Source: Candidatus Curtissbacteria bacterium RIFCSPLOWO2_02_41_11 (GTDB taxonomy: Bacteria > Patescibacteriota > Microgenomatia > Curtissbacterales > GWA2-41-24). From it: DNA of 64,000 nt. Every line of letters starts with the position of its first letter. Positions within the stretch are counted from its first letter, which is position 1. The stretch covers positions 3,278 through 67,277 of the forward strand of contig MFBU01000022.1 in the NCBI GenBank assembly GCA_001775055.1, written 5' to 3'. This document shows, one piece after another, positions 37,659-47,387 of the stretch. The notes under the pieces were generated by a model. The model was given only the letters and a program-made list of their open reading frames with translations. It did not search any database and was not told the origin of the DNA. Position numbers and translations under genes: made by a program.

Positions 37659-38234
37659 CTAATTAAAAAAGATCTCATTACAAATTGAATTCATCTGCCA
37701 ACCGAAAATAAAATACCAGAAAGACATAATTACCAAGAGGATAAATACTATTTTAGCTAATTTTGTTTTTAGAAAAAGATCAATTCCCCAGAGAGAAAAG
37801 CTATACCAGGATATTACCAGAAGAAAAAAAGAGGCTTTTGAACTTAGAGTAAAAATTGCAATAAATGATGCGATTAAAATCAATATAAAATGGAATTTTG
37901 CTAAATACTTTCTTTTTTTAAAAACTTCTAAAAAGGCAGTTACTACTAGAATTAAGCCTACTGGACCTAAAAACTCCCCTAAGAATCTTGGCTGAAAAGT
38001 TGAAGCGAAAGATTTAGATAACTCAAAAATACCAACAGTTACCTTATTGTGAAACAACCTAGAAATATTCCTATCAACTCCCAAATCAGTATTGACATTA
38101 GTTTCAACACTAACTTTTATAGAAAGAGGGTTAAAGTAAAAACTTAAAAACTTTTTGCACCCAGTAGTTTGCCAACCTCTAAATGAAAAAAGAGAGAATA
38201 AAACGATAATAAAAAGAATCTTAATTTTGTCCAT
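37659..38234 (-). CDS. Small membrane protein resembling the central part of the neighbouring GT-C paralogs
   Basis: 'SRLFHNK...FQPRFL' resembles 'RILHNRR...YLSH..P.YLF' of the paralogs; no N-terminal DE loop. Confidence 0.6.
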   Translation of the reverse strand: MDKIKILFIIVLFSLFSFRGWQTTGCKKFLSFYFNPLSIKVSVETNVNTDLGVDRNISRLFHNKVTVGIFELSKSFASTFQPRFLGEFLGPVGLILVVTAFLEVFKKRKYLAKFHFILILIASFIAIFTLSSKASFFLLVISWYSFSLWGIDLFLKTKLAKIVFILLVIMSFWYFIFGWQMNSICNEIFFN

Positions 38235-39855
38235 TTACCTCCCAGAGGGTGTAAATATGTCTGCCGACTGAATCATCAACGGCAGCCAAAAAATTACCGT
38301 CTACTTTTTTCCATGAGGGAGCAACATAAAGAATTCTTCCCTGCCAGCCGGCAGGCAGGGCTTTATCGTAGATATTGACATCATCTGAAATAAAGACATA
38401 TTTATCGAAAGCATCTCTAGTACCGCCTGAATTTATAAATTTCTGCGGGTCATATTTTTGATAAAAAAGCAGATAGATATACGGTACCTGATTAATGTTG
38501 GTAACATAAACTTTATTAAATTGGTCTTGATATTTTTGCACTTGAGCAACCATTGCTTTGTAACCGTCTTGCCAGTCAGCTGCAAATTTTTTGGGATAGT
38601 GGATCAAAAGTAAATGCAAATAAGTTAAAAATGAATAGCCAATAATCACTATCATTATTATTTTTACTAGCAGCAATTTTTTTTGAGAAAAAATTAAATA
38701 GGCTCCAAATCCCGAAAAGAATGCTAAGGGAATCGCTATCTGGAGAGTTCTGTATGCATGAGGCGAAGGAGTAACAATGATTGCTGGAATGGGCGCTAAA
38801 ATTAACCAAGAAAACATTATTTTTTTTGTTTGCGCATTTAACTTTTTAAAAGCGATAATTGAAACTATCAATAAAATTCCTTCAAATAAATAAATTTGAC
38901 CCATATCGACCTGTGAGTGCCTCCCTATCTGATCACCTTTAAAAAACAAGAAGCTAGGAGAAAAATGATCAATGTAGGTATTAAATGCCAAATAGCTAAA
39001 ATAGAAAGGCCAGTACCAGTACTTTGACAAAAACCTAAGAGGCTTTTTAGACTTCTGATCATAATCAATACGGTTTGTTTCAAATCCGGCATAACTGAAC
39101 GCCGATTGAGAAATTGCTCTAGAGCGACCCTCTTTCGAAATTGTAAAAATTATGATCGGAAAAATTAGTATCAATGCTAAAAGTGCTGGCAATATCAATT
39201 TCGCGGCTATCTTTTTGACAACTTCCAGATAAATTAAAAGAAGTGAAATCACAAATAGAGGTGTAAAAATTCGATAAGCGTGGTAAAAATACATAGATAA
39301 AGTGAAAAGTCCCGCCGTCGCTAAAGCTATGGCGGGCAAGAAAAAGGCAGACCGAGGCTTCGTCTTTCGATCATCGATTAGAAACAAGAAAAAATAAACG
39401 GCAGAAGTTACGAAGAAAAGACCTACGGTTGATTCAAAACCAGCTCTGGAAAACTGTATATGCCAAGGTGAAATTGCCAGAAAAAAAGTACAAAATAGAG
39501 AAAGCCTAATATTTTTAGTCAATTTTTTAACAATAAAGAAAAAGACAATTATGGTCAAAGACCCAAAGAAGGCACTCGGGAAACGAACGGCAAATTCATT
39601 AAGGCCAAAAACAGCAATAGATAGAACTAGAAGATAGTGATAACCTGGCAATTTCCAATCACCGAAACTTTCAAAAAATAACGGCAAAGTAACGCCATGA
39701 TGATCCTTCCCTGTTTTAAGAATTGAATAGGCATCATAACCAAATACGGCTTCATCCCAATAAAGTCCTGGAGGATTGATACCCAATTTATAAAACCTCA
39801 AAATAAAAGCAGTAAATATGATTAAAATTAATAGAGTTATTTGGAATCTCTTCAT
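38221..39855 (-). CDS. GT-C PMT/ArnT-like glycosyltransferase (tandem paralog 4) with two small palindromic insertions
   Basis: 'YWDEAVFGYDAYSILKTG', 'FGDWKLP', 'AISPWHIQFSR'. Confidence 0.88.
   Translation of the reverse strand: MKRFQITLLILIIFTAFILRFYKLGINPPGLYWDEAVFGYDAYSILKTGKDHHGVTLPLFFESFGDWKLPGYHYLLVLSIAVFGLNEFAVRFPSAFFGSLTIIVFFFIVKKLTKNIRLSLFCTFFLAISPWHIQFSRAGFESTVGLFFVTSAVYFFLFLIDDRKTKPRSAFFLPAIALATAGLFTLSMYFYHAYRIFTPLFVISLLLIYLEVVKKIAAKLILPALLALILIFPIIIFTISKEGRSRAISQSAFSYAGFETNRIDYDQKSKKPLRFLSKYWYWPFYFSYLAFNTYIDHFSPSFLFFKGDQIGRHSQVDMGQIYLFEGILLIVSIIAFKKLNAQTKKIMFSWLILAPIPAIIVTPSPHAYRTLQIAIPLAFFSGFGAYLIFSQKKLLLVKIIMIVIIGYSFLTYLHLLLIHYPKKFAADWQDGYKAMVAQVQKYQDQFNKVYVTNINQVPYIYLLFYQKYDPQKFINSGGTRDAFDKYVFISDDVNIYDKALPAGWQGRILYVAPSWKKVDGNFLAAVDDSVGRHIYTLWEVNGQN
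38339..38360. repeat. In-frame 22-nt GC-rich palindrome CCCTGCCAGCCGGCAGGCAGGG
   Basis: Near-perfect palindrome in an AT-rich gene; encodes LPAGWQG. Confidence 0.7.
39311..39337. repeat. In-frame REP-like hairpin CCCGCC-GTCGCTAAAGCTAT-GGCGGGC
   Basis: 24/27 identical to 59234-59260; encodes PAIALATAG. Confidence 0.85.
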
Positions 39856-39873
39856 TGATGACGCTATTAATTA

Positions 39874-41496
39874 TTAACTACTAACTATATATATCGCCGG
39901 TTCACCGTTAAGATAATAAACGATTTTCAAAATCTTGATATTTGATGGGAATTCTGAAGGTAAACCGACAAATAAAGTTTTAGCCTCTTTTTGTTGTTTA
40001 TCAAAATCAATTGGTTTAAAGAAATATTTGTCGAATTTGTTTTTATCCTCCAAATATCCTCCAGAAACTGTACCGCCTTCAGTAAGATATTTTTGAGGAT
40101 CATACTTGAGGTAATACAGCCAAAATTCGTGTGATTGATCTATTTTAGTTGAAACAATAATTCTATCATAATTATTTTTAACACTTTCACTAAATAATGC
40201 AGCCTCCCTGCGCCCATAAAGCCAGCTCTTGGAGTACTCAATTGGCATATGGACATAATACTGGTGAAGGTAAAAAGCAAAATTTATAAAAAGAGCAGTC
40301 GCAGTTAAAATCAAATACAATCTTTTAAATCTGACATATTTATAAAATATGTAGACTCCAATTGCCGTAAATATTTGGTAAGTTGGCAGATAAATTTCAC
40401 TACGAAGCGCATGCGGTACACCCCAAGTTACCGAAGAGGCAACTGGCGCAATTAAAAACCACCAAAAAATAATTATTTTTGGCTTAGTTTCAAATTTTTT
40501 TCTAATTAAAAAATAGACACCGGCCAAAACAAAGGGTAAATCCCAAAGATAAAGAAGTCCAATCTGTGGGGCATGGTGTCTATCCATGTCGGCAGTAAAA
40601 AATAAATAAGTTGGTTTGAGATGAGAAAGATAGTTTTCGACAAGTATGGGAATATAGACAAAACGGCGGTTGTGAAGAATTCGGCCAACTGTTAACTGAC
40701 CTGATTGCTCATCTTGGGCTATTAACTGCGATGCCTTATATTGCGGTGAAAGATCGGCAAATATCGTAGTTCCTTTATAACGGAGCTGGCCTGAAATTGA
40801 GAAAATGATAGGAATAAGAACTGCTGAAAAAATAATGGCGATTATGGCCGGAACGACTAAGTATTTTTTATTTTTAAGAAGCCAGTCTTTAGAAATAAAT
40901 AAAAGTATAATAGAAAAAATAGGAATAAAAACCCGGGCATTGTGATACATAAAAAGATTAACACCAAAAGCGATAGCTGTAAGAGACATCCAAGCAGTAA
41001 TTCTCAGTCCCTTAGCTCTAATTCCCTTTAAAAAAGCCCAAGTGCCTAAAACAGACCAAAAAATTGCACTATTTGTTTCAAAAGCTACTCTTGAAAATTG
41101 GAGATGCCAAGGAGAGATGGCTAAAAATAATGAAGACAAAAAGGCAATAGTTCTATTTTTGAATAATTCAAAGACCATAAAATAAGTGAAGATAACAGTC
41201 AAAACTCCAAGTGCCGCTGAAGGAAATCTGACAGCAAAGTCATTTAAGCCGAAAGCAGCAATCGAAGGAACAACTAAATATGTGTAAATTGGAGGTTTGT
41301 AATCGTCAAACGATCTAAAAGAAAGTGGCAGTCTATATCCATACTCATCTCTACCTGTTTTTAAAATTGAATAGGCATTATAACCGTGAGCGGTTTCGTC
41401 CCAATTAAGACTCGGAGGATTTTGGCCGAGTTGATAAAATCTAAGGACTGTTGCCAAGATAATAATGAAAATCAAACTGAGATTATTTTTTAACAT
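39874..41496 (-). CDS. GT-C PMT/ArnT-like glycosyltransferase (tandem paralog 5, no loop insertion)
   Basis: 'NWDETAHGYNAYSILKTGRDEYG', 'FDDYKPP', 'AISPWHLQFSR'. Confidence 0.88.
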   Translation of the reverse strand: MLKNNLSLIFIIILATVLRFYQLGQNPPSLNWDETAHGYNAYSILKTGRDEYGYRLPLSFRSFDDYKPPIYTYLVVPSIAAFGLNDFAVRFPSAALGVLTVIFTYFMVFELFKNRTIAFLSSLFLAISPWHLQFSRVAFETNSAIFWSVLGTWAFLKGIRAKGLRITAWMSLTAIAFGVNLFMYHNARVFIPIFSIILLFISKDWLLKNKKYLVVPAIIAIIFSAVLIPIIFSISGQLRYKGTTIFADLSPQYKASQLIAQDEQSGQLTVGRILHNRRFVYIPILVENYLSHLKPTYLFFTADMDRHHAPQIGLLYLWDLPFVLAGVYFLIRKKFETKPKIIIFWWFLIAPVASSVTWGVPHALRSEIYLPTYQIFTAIGVYIFYKYVRFKRLYLILTATALFINFAFYLHQYYVHMPIEYSKSWLYGRREAALFSESVKNNYDRIIVSTKIDQSHEFWLYYLKYDPQKYLTEGGTVSGGYLEDKNKFDKYFFKPIDFDKQQKEAKTLFVGLPSEFPSNIKILKIVYYLNGEPAIYIVSS

Positions 41497-43234
41497 TTGT
41501 TACAATGACTCCAATTGCTAAAAATAACGACCCCAAAGACAAATAATCAGCAAAAAGCCTAAGTGGTGTTTCGCCAAAATTTGCATTAACTTGATGTTTA
41601 CCTTTTGCCAGATTGATAAGCATTAGTCCGGAGGCGTCCTGCTCTTTTTCTAAATGAAGACTCGATGGGTTAGTAATTGTCAAATCATTAAATGCAAACA
41701 GCAGGTTTTTATTATCCCTTACTGAAACTCCCGGAAAATAAAACTTATTGATCCTGATTTGAACATTTTGTGTAAAAACTTCTGCATCAAAAGAGACCCT
41801 GTTTGTTTTAGTCAAAACGTTATAAATATCAGCTTCACCTGATATCCGCTCCACTGTTTTGCCTAAAACAAAACCAATCGGCACCCTGGTTGATTGACGC
41901 CATTCGGGAGTAAATTCGTCATACTGGGTTGCCGTACCTGTATAACTGGAAAAGAACTGATCATCGCGAATTAATATCTGGTTGATGCGTAAGTGATTCC
42001 GATTGGCAACTAAAACAAAAATTATAAGAAAAAGAAAAATTAACCCAGGCTTTATTGTTTTTGCAACAAAAGCAGTTAGAAAAGAAAGTGAAAGTATTGT
42101 TACACCCAGAAATCTCCAAGGAATATCAATTAGTTTAAGAAGGTGAATATGCTGCCAAATAAATAAGGATGGTTTTGTTTGAATCATCAAAGAGATAGTT
42201 ATAAGAAAAATAATAATGAAGAAAAAAGTTAAAATTAGAGGTAGTTGACTAATCTCATCTAAAACAATTTTGCCAATCTTCTCAAAAGGCATAAATTTCT
42301 TTAATACAAAATAGATTATCAAGAAGAGGACTAATGCGAAAATTAAAAGGTGGGCAAGTCCGATCTGAAAAGACATCTGATCATTAACAGTTCCGGGCAA
42401 ATCAAATCCGTAGCCCCACGGCGATCTGATTAGTTGTTTTAAAGTCACAAAATGATTCTCATAGGCCACTTTGATAATTTCATCGAGACGTACAAAATTG
42501 CGCTCAAATATTGAAGGGAGATAAGTGATGGCGGCAATTGCCAGTCCCCACAAACTGGAAATAACGCTATAAATAAAGTATTTTAGGGATTTAAAGTAAA
42601 TCGTTTGAATCAGTATGTAGAAACCTATAACCGGCAGGGTGATCATTGCGACCAAATTTTGCGACAAAAATAAAAGCGCTATGGATAGAGCACAAAGGGC
42701 AACCCATTTAAGATTATTTTTCTGGGCTAGTTTTGTGTATGAGTAAAAAACTAATGGCAAAAAAGTGTAGGCTAAAAGCTCTGAAATTGAGGCACGGACG
42801 TAGATAAGTGAAAATCGATAAGGAGCCCAGACATAAAATAGAGCACCCAAAAATGCAGCCTTTTCGCTTTTGAAAACTTCTTTTAACCACAAATAGGAAA
42901 AAATGGCCGAGAAAATAAATCCTAGGGCCATTAAAATTTCAAAAGAATCGGTAAAGGAAAAACTCAATAAATGAACTAGTGACCCTAAAAAGTAAGGCAA
43001 GGGATAGATATAAACAAAAATCGGACTACCTAATCCATTATAAAATGAACCGGCGAAGCGAGGCGGCAGTTGACCATCGGCGAGGGCCTGGTAATATTGG
43101 GCAATTCTGGCGGTATGGGTCTCGCCATCATGACTGGTATAAAATCCGCCTATTGCCAGACTTTTAAGCGCGGGAATTGAAAGTACCAGAAGTGCAACGA
43201 TTGCCAAAAAGTTGGGATTATACCAAAACTTCAC
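41483..43234 (-). CDS. GT-C-like membrane protein ('PTPS-related'/YfhO-like family)
   Basis: 'SHDG..H.AR', 'GQLPPR', 'G.GSP.F', 'PYR...IYVR', 'PWRF', 'YFPG'. Confidence 0.78.
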   Translation of the reverse strand: MKFWYNPNFLAIVALLVLSIPALKSLAIGGFYTSHDGETHTARIAQYYQALADGQLPPRFAGSFYNGLGSPIFVYIYPLPYFLGSLVHLLSFSFTDSFEILMALGFIFSAIFSYLWLKEVFKSEKAAFLGALFYVWAPYRFSLIYVRASISELLAYTFLPLVFYSYTKLAQKNNLKWVALCALSIALLFLSQNLVAMITLPVIGFYILIQTIYFKSLKYFIYSVISSLWGLAIAAITYLPSIFERNFVRLDEIIKVAYENHFVTLKQLIRSPWGYGFDLPGTVNDQMSFQIGLAHLLIFALVLFLIIYFVLKKFMPFEKIGKIVLDEISQLPLILTFFFIIIFLITISLMIQTKPSLFIWQHIHLLKLIDIPWRFLGVTILSLSFLTAFVAKTIKPGLIFLFLIIFVLVANRNHLRINQILIRDDQFFSSYTGTATQYDEFTPEWRQSTRVPIGFVLGKTVERISGEADIYNVLTKTNRVSFDAEVFTQNVQIRINKFYFPGVSVRDNKNLLFAFNDLTITNPSSLHLEKEQDASGLMLINLAKGKHQVNANFGETPLRLFADYLSLGSLFLAIGVIVTNVKK

Positions 43235-43275
43235 TCCTTGGAAATTCTAGCACAATTAACATAGATGGTAGAAAA

Positions 43276-44349
43276 TCAATCAGGATAAATAACTTTACCT
43301 TGTGGTTTACCTGAAAACCTGCCGTTTTCAAAAATTATTTGGCCGCGAAGAACAACTTTTTTAATCTCTCCCCTGCCTTCTAATCCAACAAATGGTGTCC
43401 AGCCGCATTTGGTGAATAAACCTTTTTTGGAAATTTTATATCTTTCTTCCAAATTGACAGTCATAAAAGTGTTTGGTTGGGCTGGGAGATGGAAAATTTT
43501 GCGGGGATTAGTTGAGGTCATTTCAACCAGTCTCCCAATTGAAATTTTTCCACGAGCTACAGCTTCAAGCATTAAAGGCAGAGTCGTTTCCAGTCCAGGG
43601 ACGCCAAATTTTGGAGATGATTGATCATACTTTTCTTCAAGAGTATGAGGGGCATGATCCGTCGAGATCATGTCAATTTCCGACAAATTCATCCAGAGTT
43701 TTTGTTGGTCACTTTTTGACAAGAGAGGCGGCTTCATCATACCTAAAGGACCAAGCCTTTTGAGATCACTTCTATTTAAAAACAGATGGTGAGGACAGAC
43801 CTCACAGGTGATTTTTAATCCTTCTTTCCTGGCTTTTTTAATGGCTTTTAGTTGGTTTGCAGTCATATGACAGATATGAATTTTACGTTTATATTTTTTT
43901 GCCAGTCTTATGGCCACTTCGACTAATTCATCTTCTGCGTGAACCATAGTTGGCAGATTGCTTAGCCAAGATTTGAAAATTAAATCTTGTTCCTGGAGTT
44001 TATTGACAAGCAATGGGCCTGTTGTTTGGCTCATGTAAATCTTCAGGCCGAAAGTTTTTTTGTAGACTTTTGGGAAATATCTTGTGGAATCGACAGTTGC
44101 TCCAAAATTAAAGCCTAGGTCACACCAAATTTTGCCTTTGGATACTCTGATCTTTTCCTGTAGTCTAGCAGGTGTGGTTGTTGGATTGACATTATTTGGC
44201 ATATCCAAAATCTGGGTATAACCACCGGCCACTGCCGCGCGGGTTCCAGACTCAAAATCTTCTTTATAAGTAGCTCCGGGTTCACGAAGGTGAACATGCA
44301 CGTCCACTAAGCCGGGCAATTTAATAATGTCTTCTTTTTTAACAATCAT
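43276..44349 (-). CDS. pyrC: Dihydroorotase (CAD-like type)
   Basis: 'PGLVDVHVHLREPG', 'MPN', 'GLKIY', 'VHAE', 'HICH', 'CEVCPHHL', 'TDHAPH', 'GLET', 'GWTPF'. Confidence 0.92.
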   Translation of the reverse strand: MIVKKEDIIKLPGLVDVHVHLREPGATYKEDFESGTRAAVAGGYTQILDMPNNVNPTTTPARLQEKIRVSKGKIWCDLGFNFGATVDSTRYFPKVYKKTFGLKIYMSQTTGPLLVNKLQEQDLIFKSWLSNLPTMVHAEDELVEVAIRLAKKYKRKIHICHMTANQLKAIKKARKEGLKITCEVCPHHLFLNRSDLKRLGPLGMMKPPLLSKSDQQKLWMNLSEIDMISTDHAPHTLEEKYDQSSPKFGVPGLETTLPLMLEAVARGKISIGRLVEMTSTNPRKIFHLPAQPNTFMTVNLEERYKISKKGLFTKCGWTPFVGLEGRGEIKKVVLRGQIIFENGRFSGKPQGKVIYPD

Positions 44350-44426
44350 TTTTTAAACATTTATCCTGCAAGAACTATTATATCAACAGGTGCCAGTCTA
44401 TCTCTTTTGTTATAATTTTAGAGTTC

Positions 44427-45647
44427 ATGACAAAGATCAACTTTTCTTATCTTGCTCCCCTTACTGTTTTAATTTTTGCGGTCTTTTTGGGTTTTATCAT
44501 TTACAGAACAGCTTGGTTTGGCATTGATAAACATTTTTCACTGCTTGCCCAAAGTTTTCTTCATAATGATCTATATCTTAATCCCAATAATTTGCCTGAC
44601 GGTGATTATGCAGATTTTAACGGAAAACAATATTTATTTTTTGGACCTATGCCCTCAATTCTTTTAATGCCACTTGTTTTTATTTGGGGCAAAAATTTCC
44701 CGCAAATGACTTTATCGATTACTTCTCTGGTCGTAATTTATCTTACAATCTTTATCTTGTGTAGAAAACTGAAATTCACAAAAATTGACGCTTTTTGGCT
44801 TGCCAATTTTTTTGTATTTGGTACAGTTTTATATTTTGTGGGACTCGTTAATATATCGGCTTACTTAGTCCAAACAGTTGGAACTGCATTTGTAGTTTTA
44901 TCTATTTTGGAATATTTTACTAAACGAAGATGGCTTCTAATCGGAATACTGATTGCTGCAGCCGGTGCAACCAGGATTTCATTATTTGGAATGACTGTCT
45001 TTTTTATACTCGAGTTAATCCGTTTGTATAAAAATCTAAATTTTACTCGCAGTCTCATCTTTCTACTTCTTCCAATAATTTTTTCTATAGGGATGTTGAG
45101 TCTATACAATTTCCGTCGATTTCATTCAGTTTTCGATTCAGGATATACCCACAACGTTTCAGTTTTAGATAAAGATTATTTAAATTACAAAGAGGGTTTT
45201 TTTAGTTTAAAGCATATACCTGCAAATTTATACCTGCTTCTATTTAAAGCCCCCGAACCTGTATTAAAAGAAAGAGTCCAATTTGTTCTAAGATTTCCTT
45301 ATCTTAAAGTCAACGACATTGGGATGGCTATTTGGTTTACTTCTCCTCTCTTTATATATTTACTTAAAGCAAGAAGGGCCTCTTATACAATTTCTGCAAC
45401 GATTGGAATTTTTACACTTATGATTCCTTCACTCGTCTATTTTGGCCTAGGAACAAGCCAGTTCGGATATAGATACAGCCTAGATTTTTTACCTTTATTG
45501 TTTCTGATATTACTCACGGGCTTCAGGGGTGAACTGCCCAGTTTGGCAAAAATCTTGATTACTTTCGGAATTGTCTTTGATATTTTTTATATGTCGAATA
45601 TCTGGGGTACATATCCTCTACTTTCGTTCTTTGATTATCTGAGGTAG
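44427..45647 (+). CDS. Polytopic membrane protein, probable GT-C-fold glycosyltransferase
   Basis: About 10 TM helices, 'D.A.FNGKQY..FGPMP', 'YN..RF', 'QFGYRY.LDF'; TGTTATAAT box 10 nt upstream. Confidence 0.6.
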   Translation: MTKINFSYLAPLTVLIFAVFLGFIIYRTAWFGIDKHFSLLAQSFLHNDLYLNPNNLPDGDYADFNGKQYLFFGPMPSILLMPLVFIWGKNFPQMTLSITSLVVIYLTIFILCRKLKFTKIDAFWLANFFVFGTVLYFVGLVNISAYLVQTVGTAFVVLSILEYFTKRRWLLIGILIAAAGATRISLFGMTVFFILELIRLYKNLNFTRSLIFLLLPIIFSIGMLSLYNFRRFHSVFDSGYTHNVSVLDKDYLNYKEGFFSLKHIPANLYLLLFKAPEPVLKERVQFVLRFPYLKVNDIGMAIWFTSPLFIYLLKARRASYTISATIGIFTLMIPSLVYFGLGTSQFGYRYSLDFLPLLFLILLTGFRGELPSLAKILITFGIVFDIFYMSNIWGTYPLLSFFDYLR

Positions 45648-45655
45648 TTTGACGA

Positions 45656-46432
45656 TTACCAATTTGATTTAAATAAACTGCTACGAATTATCCCTAATTC
45701 ATATAAGAGATAAATAAGCACAGTCCAAATCGTCATGACACCATATTTCAAGGATCTTTGCAAATTAATCGTTGATGCCTCTGGAAAATATTTGCAGGGA
45801 ACGGGAATTTCAGAAATATTAAATCCAAAAGAGAGCGCTGAAATTAAAATTTGCTGGTCGAAAATGAAATCATTGGAGAATTTTTGATAGGGAATTGTTC
45901 TTAAAACTTTGCTTGAGTAAGCTCGAAAACCGGTGTGATATTCGGAGAGATTTAGACCCATCGCCAGATTTTCCACCAGTGTCAGAAAACGATTAGCAAA
46001 GTATTTCCATAAGGGCATTCCTCCTGCCAAAACTTGACGGCGAGTTTGAATCCGTGAACCAAGCATCACATCTGCTCTACCATTGACAATGGACTCACAC
46101 AATACCCCAACAAGCTTGGCATCATATTGATAATCAGGATGAACCATTACTACTATATCTGGTTTTCTCTTCAGCGCCTGATCATAACAGGTTTTTTGGT
46201 TGGCACCATAACCTTTATTTTCTTTGTGAGTATAAACAGTGATTCCCATCTTTTTGGCTCTCTGGACAGTTTTGTCACGCGAAGCATCATCAACAAGAAT
46301 TACTTCGGAAATTAAATCTTTGGGCAAATCGTCAACAGTTTTTTTAACAGTCTTTTCGGCATTATATGCCGGCATAATGACTACTATTCTGGGTTTTAGT
46401 TTTGGATTCCAAAGGATATTATGATTTTGCAA
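45656..46432 (-). CDS. GT2 DPM1-like glycosyltransferase
   Basis: 'MPAYNAEKT', 'VDDAS', 'GYGANQKTCY', 'HPDYQY', 'GSR', 'EYHTGFRAY'. Confidence 0.9.
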   Translation of the reverse strand: MQNHNILWNPKLKPRIVVIMPAYNAEKTVKKTVDDLPKDLISEVILVDDASRDKTVQRAKKMGITVYTHKENKGYGANQKTCYDQALKRKPDIVVMVHPDYQYDAKLVGVLCESIVNGRADVMLGSRIQTRRQVLAGGMPLWKYFANRFLTLVENLAMGLNLSEYHTGFRAYSSKVLRTIPYQKFSNDFIFDQQILISALSFGFNISEIPVPCKYFPEASTINLQRSLKYGVMTIWTVLIYLLYELGIIRSSLFKSNW

Positions 46433-47387
46433 ATTTATTTAAGACCTCCCTGTCAGATAGTGAATAAGCAGAGCTTGCGGTCCTCGTCTGCGCCTGCGGG
46501 TCTAAGTGCATAGTGAATAGTGAATAGTCAAAAATCAATTTTGGGAGCTGAATAATTGCCCAGAAAAAGCCAGCAAAGAAGGCAAGATCGAAAGTTGCCA
46601 TTGATTTGGCAAGATGATACGGTAACCAAAAAAGATGTTGGAGAAGCCAAAATGGGTCAGTAATGTTTTTCCAAACAAAAAGAAATTGGTTTTTATAAGA
46701 AATGGTCTTAATAAAAAACTCGGATCTGGATTTTTGAATTACCCCCTCTTGGTGGAAATGATTTACCTTTGACATTGGCTCAAACAAGCATCTATAACCC
46801 ATCCGCCATGCCCTAAATGAGAGGTCTATATCTTCCCAGTAAAAAGGGGCAAAGTTGGTGTCAAAACCGCCAAGTTCTAAAAATTTTCTTTTATCGAAAA
46901 GGCCTGATCCGCCAGAAACCCAAAGGGTTTCAGCTGATCTTGATGGTAAAGCAAAATGATTAACAAAACCCTTTTTAAAAATAGCTCCTCCTCTACCCCT
47001 TATCACAATCTTGCCATTTTCGTGGCTATGATCGGCAAGGCCAACTGCGAAAATCCGCTGGCTGGCTGATTCATTTTTGAAATGAGAAAGAGCAGGTGGC
47101 AAGAAATTTGCTTGCGGCGAAACATCGGAATTCAAAAGCAGCACCAGATCGCCATTAGCTTTTCTTACTCCCTCATTAACCGCGTGGGCAAACCCCTTAT
47201 TTTTTGCAAGTTGAATTACTTTTATCTGCCTAAAATTCTTTTGGAGAAAATCAACCGAATCGTCGCCTGATGCATCATCAACAATAATTATTTCACAATC
47301 AGCGCAATTTTTAATTACGTTGGGTAGATTCTTGAATAATAGTTGCCTACCGTTATAATTTGGGATTATTACTGATATTTTCGCCAT
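46419..47387 (-). CDS. GT2 glycosyltransferase (WbbL/rhamnosyltransferase-like) with C-terminal repeat insertion
   Basis: 'IIPNYNG', 'LLNSD', 'GGFD', 'YWEDIDL'. Confidence 0.9.
   Translation of the reverse strand: MAKISVIIPNYNGRQLLFKNLPNVIKNCADCEIIIVDDASGDDSVDFLQKNFRQIKVIQLAKNKGFAHAVNEGVRKANGDLVLLLNSDVSPQANFLPPALSHFKNESASQRIFAVGLADHSHENGKIVIRGRGGAIFKKGFVNHFALPSRSAETLWVSGGSGLFDKRKFLELGGFDTNFAPFYWEDIDLSFRAWRMGYRCLFEPMSKVNHFHQEGVIQKSRSEFFIKTISYKNQFLFVWKNITDPFWLLQHLFWLPYHLAKSMATFDLAFFAGFFWAIIQLPKLIFDYSLFTMHLDPQAQTRTASSAYSLSDREVLNKFAKS
46457..46530. repeat. In-frame ATAGTGA heptamer array split by a 43-nt GC-rich insert
   Basis: ATAGTGAATA-[AGCAGAGCTTGCGGTCCTCGTCTGCGCCTGCGGGTCTAAGTGC]-ATAGTGA-ATAGTGA-ATAGTCA. 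Confidence 0.75.

Noticed and set aside
31020-41496. Near-repeated N-terminal DNA among GT-C paralogs as a diversity-generating retroelement template/variable pair or gene-conversion cassette
   Set aside because: The similarity follows protein motifs with synonymous differences, shows no adenine-specific pattern by eye, and no reverse transcriptase is present.
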